NCBI GenBank assembly: GCA_043228905.1
Contig: JBHGNT010000014.1
Coordinates: 10,292,001 to 10,356,000 of the forward strand
DNA: 64,000 nucleotides
Direction of reading: 5' to 3'
DNA from: Azolla caroliniana
Taxonomy: Eukaryota; Plantae; Polypodiophyta
Below the pieces are notes generated by a model. The model was not told the DNA's origin. It saw nothing but the letters and a program-made list of their open reading frames with translations, and did not search any database. How positions within the stretch are numbered: position 1 is the stretch's first letter; each line of letters starts with the position of its first letter. This document shows positions 14,025-25,675 of this stretch, piece after piece. The position numbers and the translations under genes are program-made.

Positions 14025-15395
14025 ATGGCTATAGATCTACCGATACGAAAAGACGTTGTTGATCCCGGTTTTAGAGTAATGGAAAGACATATAGACCTCA
14101 ACAAACATGCTTTTGATCTCAATGAAGTGCCTCTAATTGACCTTAATGTGGGTTTTCTTCACGATGGGACGACATCATCATCATCATCATCATCATTATC
14201 ACCACACAGTGTTATGAACACCACATCTTGCCCAAAGAAGGGTGGATGGCTTGAGCTTTTCCAAACCATGTTTGGACATGAGAACTCGAGAAATCCACAA
14301 GCCTTTGTTCCTGTGCTCGGAAGCAACAGCACTCTACTGAACCAGCAAGATCAATATGGTATTGGTGCGATGTTGAACCCCAACTATCAACATCTTAATG
14401 ATGCTATCCTGAATCCGAGAGATCGATGTGTTAACGGCGCTCTCTTGAATCGGAGAGAGAAATGTGTTAATGATGCTATGATGGACCTGAGAGATCGATA
14501 TGCGAATGATGCTACACCAAACCTGAGACATCAACATGCTAAGGATGATACGTGGAAATCTAGAGATCGAGATCGACATGGCATTGCTGCCATCCCAATC
14601 CCAAATGATCGATGCGTTAATGGTGCTATCCTGAAACCAAATGATCGATGTGTTAATGATGCTATCCCGAACCTCAATGATCTATGCGCTAATGATGCCA
14701 TCCCAAACCTCAACGATCAATGTGCTAATGATGCTACACCAAACCTTAACGATCAAAGTATTAACAGTGCTATCCTGAAACCACAGCTGGAAGATCTAAG
14801 CCTTAATCAAAACCATAATGAACGTTTTTTTCATAAATGTGGAGAGCAGATGAACAGGAGTTTCTCAGAATGTGAGAAACCTCAACAAAAGATGTCTTTT
14901 TCTCACCGTGGCTCACGGAAACATTACCATAGGGGCCTTTCACATGGGCCATTTTTACCGTTTGCTGATCCTGTTACTCAACTTGTGGAGTCTAAATCCT
15001 CTTATCAAGCTTTTGGGCAGGATGGTATCAGGTCAATCAATAAACTTGGACATGAGGATATTGGTTCGATCAATTCGCGAGACTTTTTAATGAATGGAGA
15101 GAATCCTAATAAAGCTCCGTTACATTTGGATCTTAATTCTCAGCCCCTCCCTGGTTGGGAAGTGGAACCATATGAAAATTCATCGATGTATCAGGAACAA
15201 AATCGTGGGCTCAACTCATTTCGAGATAATGGTGAGAGCCCATCTAATAGTGGTAAAACATCGGACCCAATTATCTCAAATAATATGCCTGAAACTCCTG
15301 TGAAGATCATTGAATCTCCTGATTGGCTACCCCCGGGATGGATAACCGAACTCAAGACTCGGAAAGCAGGCAGCACTGCTGGTACAAGAGATAAG
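14025..15395 (+). CDS. MBD protein, coding exon 1: EAR-type motifs, 12-aa repeats and the N-terminal half of the MBD
   Basis: 457 codons from the ATG, ending PDWLPPGWITELKTRKAGSTAGTRDK at a phase-0 donor AAG|GTAAAA. Confidence 0.88.
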
Positions 15396-15676
15396 GTAAA
15401 AATGAAAGTTCATTCATCAAGGTAAGGAAAAGGAAAAACACCAAGATATCTCTAACTTTTTGGGTATGTACCATAATACCCTTAAAATTTACAAGATTGT
15501 TGAGTGTTTTGGTGGATTTTTGTTACAACTACCTGAACTAAATGTATATAACAACATTGACTTCGTCTCTTTTCTATATTGATGAACATTTGAATTTCAA
15601 ACATCCCAAGAAAATGTATGTAAGCTATCTGAATTTAGTTCTTTTTCTAAATTTGAAAAACCTGTTTTATGAGCAG

Positions 15677-16187
15677 TATTATAAGGATCCAGTGACAGGA
15701 CGCCGATTCAGGTCGAAGAATGAGGTCACAAGCTTCTTAGAGACAGGGCATGGGTGTAAATATAAATCCCACATTCAATTCGTGGAGCTTTCAATTCCTA
15801 TGCATCCTGTTTCAGCATCATTTTTGCCTAATCGAGACTATAGAAAAGATTCAGTTGAGAGTGCAAGATTCCCATATGGGAAAGATTTGGCAGAGAATGC
15901 AAGTTTCTCACATAGGAAAGATTTGGTCGAGAGTGCAAGTTTCCCATATCGGAAAGATTCATCTGAAAGTGCAAGCTTATTTCTTGATGTGAGCCATAGT
16001 ACTTCGGGCTCATGTAATGGTAGTTTGGAAAGGATTTCAATCAAGCAAGAGCAAGATGTTATGCGAGACGAACAGATAGGTTGTGTTGATGGCGTAATAG
16101 AACCGTGTCAACTTGGGGGGCTTATCAAGTCTCGTCATACCTCAAGCAAAGAGGAGTATAATCTTCTTGAAACGAATCCTGAACCAG
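15677..16187 (+). CDS. MBD protein, coding exon 2: C-terminal half of the MBD and four 12-aa repeats
   Basis: Acceptor GAGCAG| is followed by YYKDPVTGRRFRSKNEVTSFLETG, completing a plant MBD5/6/7-like domain. Donor CCAG|GTTTGT is phase 1. Confidence 0.88.
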
Positions 16188-16297
16188 GTTTGTTTGTTGA
16201 CATATGTCATGAACTTGATCAATAACAAATTTTATGTCACATTTTGTATGTCAATATAGAGGTTAACCCAGTTTTTGTTTCACAAACCATTCTCTAG

Positions 16298-16761
16298 GAT
16301 CACAAAATAAGAGGCGAAAGTTATTCCATAAGCCGCATGGTTTAGCATCAGGGCACACATCTCTCAATTGCAAATCGAAGCAAGATCAAAATTGTTTAGA
16401 ATGGTGGAAAAAAGAAATGAAGGAAACGTTGGAGGATGGAAAAGACATACATATAAGCTTGATTTGCAAGGAAGAGCAAAGCAAAGCCCAAGATCATGAT
16501 AGTGATCGAGGTCGAGATCAAACCATGGTCATCCGGCCCTTATCTAAGCCTAACGTAAGTATATTATCTCTTAAGGGTATTGATAATGCTTCAGAAAAAG
16601 CTTATGAGCGGGAGTTATGTCCGAAACCATCTTCAGGAAACAGGCCTCCTGGGAGGAAGATTCTTAAATTAACTCTTAAGCAGGAGAGAGAACTACTTAT
16701 TTCATTAGGGCAAAAGCTATGTCGGCGAGTTTTCGCTCCGGCTAATGAAAGAGCGTTGTAA
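16298..16761 (+). CDS. MBD protein, final coding exon; spliced product about 781 aa
   Basis: Acceptor TCTCTAG| is phase-compatible with exon 2. Frame is open (GSQNKRRK, NLS-like) into ORF 16417-16761 and ends TAA. Exon sum 1371+511+464=2346 nt. Confidence 0.75.
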
Positions 16762-17291
16762 CGCATGTTGTAAATGCTAAGAACCAAAAGGGGCATAAAG
16801 AAGTGTTTGTTTGATGTGTATACTGAGTGAAAGGAAGACATGGCAGATTAGCTTGCATGCAACATTGTTTGGGGATCAAAATCAAGGTATATATGAAGAC
16901 ATTGTTCATGGAAGGCTTAGGGTTTATTGGGCTGCTAGAGTCTTGATGACTATGTTCTAGATATGGAGTTATGGTTCATTTGTATTCAAAAGGTCTAGCT
17001 ACCCTATGGACACACATTCTCTTGTTTCTTCTATTAACAATCTAGACCTCCCTTGCCTACAAGTGAGCTCAATGTGTGTAGAAAGATGCCTGAACATACT
17101 GGTCCTTGCATTTTCGTATGCTGCTTGGAGGCCTGTACTTTGGACTTGGCAACAACACAAATGTAACTGGCTGTAATGTCAAAGGCATAAATGATTAATG
17201 CAGGCTATTTTATTATGAACTTAATAACTTGCCATTACAAACCCTATTAAAGAAGATATGACAATCCATTAAATAATACCCCTTTGTGTAT

Positions 17292-17292
<1 letters not shown>

Positions 17293-17338
<46 letters not shown>
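17293..17338. repeat. (CA)23 microsatellite
   Basis: Read directly from the sequence. Confidence 0.95.
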
Positions 17339-17340
<2 letters not shown>

Positions 17341-19029
17341 GTACATCCACCTCTAAACACAGTATGTGTTTTACATGCATATAGCTAATAAAGCTATAAA
17401 TCTTGCCAACCACCTCATCGTAGAATTAATATAGGTGGTATCTCCTTCCATTAGAATTGGAGTAAAGATATTAATGCCTTGTATTATAGATTATAGTAAC
17501 AAAATTTTATGCCATTAATGTAAATTGAATTCTAGTGGTGGGTGGATATTTGTGCAATAGTAGCAAAAATTGGGCTCTTTCTAAAGAAGAAATTAGAACA
17601 ATTATTGGTGGAAAATCAATGTGGTTGATGCAGCAGCTAATAGATTAACTTCATTACTATTTGAATGAAAATGGGAATATAGTGATATTTCTTTAAACTA
17701 TGAGTGGTGATATTGATACCATCTCTAATAAGAGGGGCATTGGTATACGAATTGGTTTATGCATTAGGATGTCTGACCCACAAATCTAGAAACACAATTT
17801 TTTATTGGGATGCATAAACTAAGGGTACCCTTTGCAACTTAGTTTCTAGTGCATAAACTAAATAGTATAACAACTTCAGTCATACATTCCCACAAATGTA
17901 GAGAATGACATATTTAGTTGAGTCACTATATTAAGGGTGCCACCCTTGATTAAGAAATTGAGGACAAATCTACACCATGGATGAAATAGAAATATTTCAT
18001 CTTATTGAATGGATCGTGAACCAATCTTATATGCAACAAGAGAAAACTACATGGTTTCATAGTAATTATAGTTGCAAATTTCCTTTGATGTGCATTAGCA
18101 ATTAAGATATGGTAGTATTTGTCGCTACAAATTGCCATTAATGTGGATAAACAAGTGACAATAAAGTTTCAAGATAAATCACATTCCATAACATATAAAA
18201 CTGTATGTGGCTTGAGTAGGTGCTTTATTATTAACAATAAAACAATTGTATGATTGATAGACATAATAGTCTTTGGAAAGGATAGGGCCACAATTAATGA
18301 AATGTTAGACCATGTTGTCCTTTGTTCCTAAAACTTGTACTTGTAACTTGATGTTTAATGGCATTACACCTTAGTTTATATAAAGGAATTTGTTCAAATT
18401 ACGAAGATAATGAGAGAAGGCTACTTGATACATAAAGAATATTTTACAAGTTACTTTCAAACTAAAGTCTTAAGAACGTGAAGGTGTCATTTTGAGTAAT
18501 CAACTTCAAGCCTCCACCAAACAATGGAGCTAGCATAATATTCTTGACACTAGATTCTTGGCAAACTAGTTTCCTATAAACCTTTAAATTGAGGTTACTC
18601 AATCGTCCATAGAGCCAAAAGTATTAGACCATGCAAGAAAGATGGCAAAGGGCTCAAAGGTTCTATACTAAAATGCAAAAGAGCTAAACAATATCTATGT
18701 ACAATGAGTATCTTATCCATAGGGAAACATCATGTTTAATATTCTTGTTCTCACCTTTCACAAGTGGCCAAATAATGTTTGGTTGATTGTAATAATGCAA
18801 CATTAGGCAAGATCTGAATTAGACGTTCCTTAGAAGGCAATATATCCATCTGCCTTCCTTTGACATACCATTTCCACCAAATCTATGACTTTACGAATTG
18901 CACACCTACTTACAAATCCATATTCACTTTTTGAGTCAACTAGGGGCTGAAAACGGATGTTAATCTCAAAGTCATGTTTCATCCACTAATGAAGGTATGG
19001 TCTAAAATAAGTTGTGATGCATACCAAAG

Positions 19030-19990
19030 CTATGTCTTCATTTGAGAAAGATAATATACCTCGATCATATGTCATTATATTTACCTTTTGTGGGACAAAA
19101 ATAAGCTTTAGGGGCTTCAATTTAGCGAATGGCTCTTGAAAAACAAACACCGAATGAGACTTTTAAGCCTAATAGAGTTACCTTGAACATAATCTCAACA
19201 TGCTAAGTTGAGATGTTTGTTGGTTCACCATCATTTAATTTATGTTTGAGGGTGTACAACCTTGGACAGAAATGGTGAAATACTTAATTGAGAATGAAAG
19301 AATTAAGCTTGAAAATATGATAATTGAATCTAATTGGTGGAATGTCATTAATTTAAAAAAGCATGTCAAGAAATGGGATGTGCCAGTTCATAACAAATGC
19401 AGGTTTTAGACACATTAAGGTTATTAACTTATTGGGGTAGGAAGGTAAACAACTTAATCTTCTATTTAATTGGATGGCTAGATTGGGTTTGATAATAATG
19501 AAGGATGCCATGTTGGTGTCACAAAGAAGATTAATTGTCTTCCACAACAAGATCAAAATTTTGTATTCCAAGAGTTTATAACTTTATTTGGGACAAGTTG
19601 CAAAGATTATCATCATCATATGACACAATCCTGATTTAGATGGTGGATCTCAATAACTTGATTGGGCATTTGTTGGAAATAGGAGATTCACTATGATATC
19701 AACAAATGGTGCTTATAAAAATATGATTAACTAGCATAAGTGGATGGAAGAAAAGGTAATTATTAAGGTATAAGGTTTTTATAAGCCCATTACAAAGTGG
19801 TTTCAAATTATCATTATAGGTTGAGGTTCTTGATTGATTCTACGAGATAAGGTATTCATTTGGAGAGTTATGGTAGGAGTATTAACATGGGGAACGCATT
19901 AAACAACACAAATATTTCTAGTGGAATATGTTTCTTTTCTATGGTGGAATTGAAACATATTTCGCATTGATTTGTTTGATGGACAATAGC
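19030..19990 (+). pseudogene. Highly decayed LINE (L1-type) ORF2 C-terminal region with zf-RVT-like motif
   Basis: 19849-19990 translates KVFIWRVMVGVL ... GICFF(S)MVEL(K)HISH*FV*(W)TIARIV*, the zf-RVT pattern with decay. The upstream boundary is approximate. Confidence 0.6.
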
Positions 19991-22900
19991 TAGAATCGTT
20001 TAGATGTGTAATGATTTAGTGTGGATGTCTTTGGATGGAGTAGGACTATCTTCATTCAATTGGGTTTTTGTACATATATAGAACAATGGAGTGATGTCTT
20101 ATTTCCAAATTATTTTTGTGCACTTGAGGTATTGGGGGCTATGGTTCCCAACATATTTCCTCATCCCAACTTGCTAAGAGGAACGCATTCCATATATTCC
20201 AAAGGCATGTCAGACCTCGTAACAAACCAACAATTGTCACGTCCTTAGATTGGCTAGGTGTTGACGGACAATAAGTAGAATCGTTTAGATGTGTATCAAT
20301 GTAGTGTGGATGTCTTTGGATGGATTAAGACTATCTTCATTCCATTGGGTTGTTATACATATATAGAACAATGGAGTGATGCCTTATTTCCAAATTTTTT
20401 TTGTGCACCTAAGGTATCGGGGGCTATGGTTCCCAACATATTTCCTCATCCCAACTTGCTAAGAGGAACGCATTCCATATATTCCATCGGCATGTCAGAT
20501 CTCGTAACAAACAACAATTGTGACGTCCTTAGATTGGCTAGGTGTTGATGGACAATAGGTAGAATCGTTTAGATGTGTATCAATGTAGTATGGATGTCTT
20601 AGGATGGATTAAGATTATCTTCATTCAATTGGGTTTTTGTACATATATAGAACAATGGAGTGATGCCTTATTTCCAAATTATTTTTGTGCACTTGAGGTA
20701 TCGGGGGCTATGGTTCCCAACATAATCCCTCATCCCAACTTGCTAAGAGGAACGCATTCCATATATTCCATAGGAATGTCACACCTCGTAACAAACCAAC
20801 AATTGTGACGTCCTTAGATTGACTAGGTGTTGATGGACAATAGGTAGAATCGTTTAGATGTGTATCAATGTAGTGTGGATGTCTTTGGATGGATTTAAGA
20901 CTATCTTCATTCAATTGGGTTATTGTACATATATAGAACAATGGAGTGATGCCTTATTTCCAAATTATTTTTGTGCACTTGAGGTATCGGGGGCTATGGT
21001 CCCCAACATATTTCCTCATCCCAACTTGCTAAGAGGAACGCATTCCATATATTCCATAGGCATGTCAGACCTCGTAACAAACCAACAATTGTGACGTCCT
21101 TAGATTGGCTAGGTGTTGATGTACAATAGGTAGAATCGTTTAGATGTGTATCAATTTAGTGTGGATGTCTTTGGATGGATTAAGACTATCTTCATTCAAT
21201 TGGGTTTTTGTATATATATAGAACAATGGAGTGATGCCTTATTTCCAAATTAGTTTTGTGCACTTGAGGTATCGGGGGCTATGGTTCCCAACATATTTCC
21301 TCATCCCAACTTGCTAAGAGGAACGCATTCCATATATTCCATAGGCATGCCAGACCTCATAAGAAACCAACAATTGTCACGTCCTTAGAAAGGCTAGGTG
21401 TTGATGGACAATAGTTAGAATCGTTTAGATGTGTATCAATTTAGTGTGGATGTCTTTGGATGGATTAAGATTATCTTCATTTAATTGGGTTTTTGTACAT
21501 ATATAGAACAATGGCGTGATGCCGTATTTCCAAATTATTTTTATGCACTTGAGGTATCGGGGGCTATGGTTCCCAAAATATTTCCTCATCCCAACTTGCT
21601 AAGAGGAACACATTCCATATATTCCATAGGCATGTCAGACCTCGTAACAAACCAACAATTGTGACGTCCTTAGATTGGGTAGGTTTTGATGGACAATAGG
21701 TAGAATCGTTTAGATGTGTTTCAATGTAGTGTGGATGTCTTTGGATGGATTAAGACTATCTTCATTGAATTGGATTTTTGTACATATATAGAACAATGGA
21801 GTGATGTCTTATTTCCAAATATTTTTGTGCACTTGAGGTATTGGGGGCTATGGTTCGCAACATATTTCCTAATCCCAACTTGCTAAGAGGAACGCATTCC
21901 ATATATTCCATAGACATGTCAGACGTCGTAACAAACCAACAATTGTGACGTCCTTAGATTGGCTAGGTGTTGATGGACAATAGGTAGAATCGTTTAGATG
22001 TGTATCAATGTAGTGTGGATGTCTTTGGATGGATTAAGACTATCTTCATTCAATTAGGTTTTTGTACATATATAGAACAATGGAGTGATGTCTTATTTCC
22101 AAATATTTTTGTGCACTTGAGGTATCGGGGGCTATGGTTCCCAACATATTTCCTCATCCCAACTTGCTAAGAGGAACGCATTCCATATATTCCATAGGCA
22201 TGTCAGACGTCGTAATAAACCAACAATTGTGACGTCCATAGATTGGGTCGGTGTTGATGGACAATAGGTAGAATCGTTTAGATGTGTATCAATGTAGTGT
22301 GGATGTCTTTGGATGGATTAAGACTATCTTCATTCAATTGGGTTATTGTACATATATAGAACAATGGAGTGATGCCTTATTTCCAAATTTTTTTTGTGCC
22401 CTTGAGGTATCGGGTGCTATGGTTCCCAACATATTTCCTCATACCAACTTGCTAAGAGGAACACATTCCATATATTCCATAGGAATGTCACACCTCGTAA
22501 CAAACCAACAATTGTGACGTCCTTAGATTGGCTAGGTGTTGATGGACAATAGGTAGAATCGTGTAGATGTGTATCAATGTAGTGTGGATGTCTTTGGATG
22601 GATTAAGACTATCTTCATTGAATTGGGTTTTTGTACATATATAGAACAATGGAGTTATGCCTTATTTCCAAATTATTTTTGTCCACTTGAGGTATCGGGG
22701 GCTATGGTTCCCAACATATTTCCTCATTCCAACTTGCTAAGAGGAACACATTCCATATATTCCATAGGCATGTCAGACCTCGTAAAAACCCAACAATTGT
22801 CACGTCCTTAAATTGGGTAAGTGTTGATGGACAATAGGTAGAATCGTTTAGATGTGTATCATTGTGGTGTGGATGTCTTTGAATGGATTAAGAGTATTTT

Positions 22901-25675
22901 CATTCAATTGGGTTTTTGTATATATATAGAACAATGGAGTGATGCCTTATTACCAAATTATTTTAGTGCACTTGAGGTATCGGGGGTTATGGTCCCCAAC
23001 ATATTTCCTCATCCCAACTTGCTAAGAGGAACGCATTCCATATATTCCATAGGAATATCACACCTCGTAACAAACCAGCAATTGTCACGTCCTTAGATTG
23101 GCTAGGTGTTGATGGACAATAGGTAGAATCGTTTAGATGTATATCAATTTAGTGTGGATGTCTTTGGATGGATTAAGACTATCTTCATTCAATTAGGTTT
23201 TTGTAAATATATAGAACAATGGAGTGATGTCTTATTTCCAAATATTTTTGTGCACTTAAGGTATCGGGGGCTATGGTTCCCAACATATTTCCTCATCCCA
23301 ACTTGCTAAGAGGAACGCATTCCATATATTCCATAGGCATGTCAGACGTCGTAATAAACCAACAATTGTGACGTCCATAGATTGGGTCGGTGTTGATGGA
23401 CAATAGGTAGAATCGTTTAGATGTGTATCAATGTAGTGTGGATGTCTTTGGATGGATTAAGACTATCTTCATTCAATTGGGTTATTGTACATATATAGAA
23501 CAATGGAGTGATGCCTTATTTCCAAATTTTTTTTGTGCCCTTGAGGTATCGGGTGCTATGGTTCCCAACATATTTCCTCATACCAACTTGCTAAGAGGAA
23601 CACATTCCATATATTCCATAGGAATGTCACACCTCGTAACAAACCAACAATTGTGACGTCCTTCGATTGACTAGGTGTTGATGGACAATAGGTAGAATCG
23701 TGTAGATGTGTATCAATGTAGTGTGGATGTCTTTGGATGGATTAAGACTATCTTCATTCAATTGGGTTTTTGTACATATATAGAACAATGGAGTGATGTC
23801 TTATTTCCAAATATTTTTGTGCACTTGAGGTATCGAGGGCTATGGTTCCCGACATATTTCCTCATCCCAACTTGCTAAGAGGAACGCATTACATATATTC
23901 CATAGGCATGTCAGACGTCGTAATAAACCAAAAATTGTGACGTCCTTAGATTGGGTAGGTGTTGATGGACAATAGGTAGAATCGTTTAGATGTGTATCAA
24001 TGTAGTGTGGATGTCTTTGGATGGATTAAGACTATCTTCATTGAATTGGGTTTTTGTACATATATAGAACATTGGAGTGATGCTTTATTTCCAAATTTTT
24101 TTTGTGCACTTGAGTTATCGGGTGCTATGGTTCCCAACATATTTCCTCATCCCATCTTGCTAAGAGGAACGCATTCCATATATTCCATAGGAATGTCACA
24201 CCTCGTAACAAACCAACAATTGTGACGTCCTTAGATTTGCTAGGTGTTGATGGACAATAGGTAGAATCATGTAGATGTGTATCTATGTTGTTTGGATGTC
24301 TTTGGATGGATTAAGACTATCTTCATTGAATTGGGTTGTTGTACATATATAGAACAATGGAGTGATGCCTTATTTCCAAATTATTTTTGTCCACTTGAGG
24401 TATCGGGGGCTATGGTTCCCAACATATTTCCTCATTCCAACTTGCTAAGAGGAACACATTCCATATATTCCATAGGCATGTCAGACCTCGTAAGAAACCA
24501 ACAATTGTCGCGTCCTTAAATTGGCTACGTGTTGATGGACAATAGGTAAAATCGTTTAGATGTGTATCAATGTGGTGTGGATGTCTTTGGATGTATTAAG
24601 AGTATTTTCATTCAATTGGGTTTTTGTATATATATAGAACAATGGAGTGATGCCTTATTTCCAAATTATTTTAGTGCACTTGAGGTATCGGGGGCTATGG
24701 TTCCCAACATATTTCCTCATCCCAACTTGCTAAGAGGATTGCATTCCATATATTCCATAGGCATGTCAGACGTCGTAACAAACCAACAATTGTCACATCC
24801 TTAGATTGGCTAGGTGTTGATGGAGAATAGTTAGAATCGTTTAGATGTGTATCAATGTACTGTGGATGTCTTTGGATGGATTAAGACTATCTTGATTCAA
24901 TTGGGTTTTTGTACATATATAGAACAATGGGTTGATGCCGTATTTCCAAATTATTTTTGTGCACTTGAGGTATCGGGGGTTATTGTTCCGAACATATTTC
25001 CTCATCCCAACTTGCTAAGAGGAACGCATTCCATATATTCCATAGGCATGTCAGACCTCGTAACAAACCAACAATTGTGACGTCCTTCGATTGGCTAGGT
25101 GTTGATGGACAATAGGTAGAATCGTTTAGATGTGTATCAATGTAGTGTGGATGTTTTTGGATGTATTAAGACTATCTTTATTTAATTGGGTTTTTGTACA
25201 TATATCGAAGAATAGAGTGATGCCTTATTTCCAAATTATTTTTGTGCACTTGAGTTATCGGGGGCTATGGTTCCCAACATATTTCCTCATCCCAACTTGC
25301 TAAGAGGATTGCATTCCATATATTCCATAGGCATGTCATACCTCTTAACAAACCAACAATTGTGACGTCCTTAGATTGGCTAGGTGTTGATGGACAATAG
25401 GTAGAATCGTTTAAATGTGTATCAATGTAGTGTGGATGTCTTTGGATGGATTAAGACTATCTTCATTCAATTGGGTTTTTGTACATATGTAGAACAATGG
25501 AGTGATGCCTTATTTCCAAATTATTTTTGTGCACTTGAGGTATCGGGGGCTATGGTTCCCAACATATTTCCTCATCGCAACTTGCTAAGAGGAATGCATT
25601 CCATATATTCCATAGGCATTTCAGACCTCGTAACAAACCAACAATTGTCACGTCCTTAAATTGGCTTGGCGTCGG
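19977..25675 (+). repeat. Tandem satellite array, 20 head-to-tail copies of a 284-286 bp unit
   Basis: GATGGACAATAGGTAGAATCGTTTAGATG recurs every ~285 bp (19978, 20547, 20832 ... 25389). Copies are highly similar with no unique spacers. Confidence 0.98.

Noticed and set aside
19977-25675. Cluster of 75-85 aa ORFs as a small-peptide gene family, or a CRISPR-like array
   Set aside because: The ORFs mostly use non-ATG starts, are broken in many units and lie off the LINE-like frame. There are no unique spacers or cas genes, and the context is eukaryotic.
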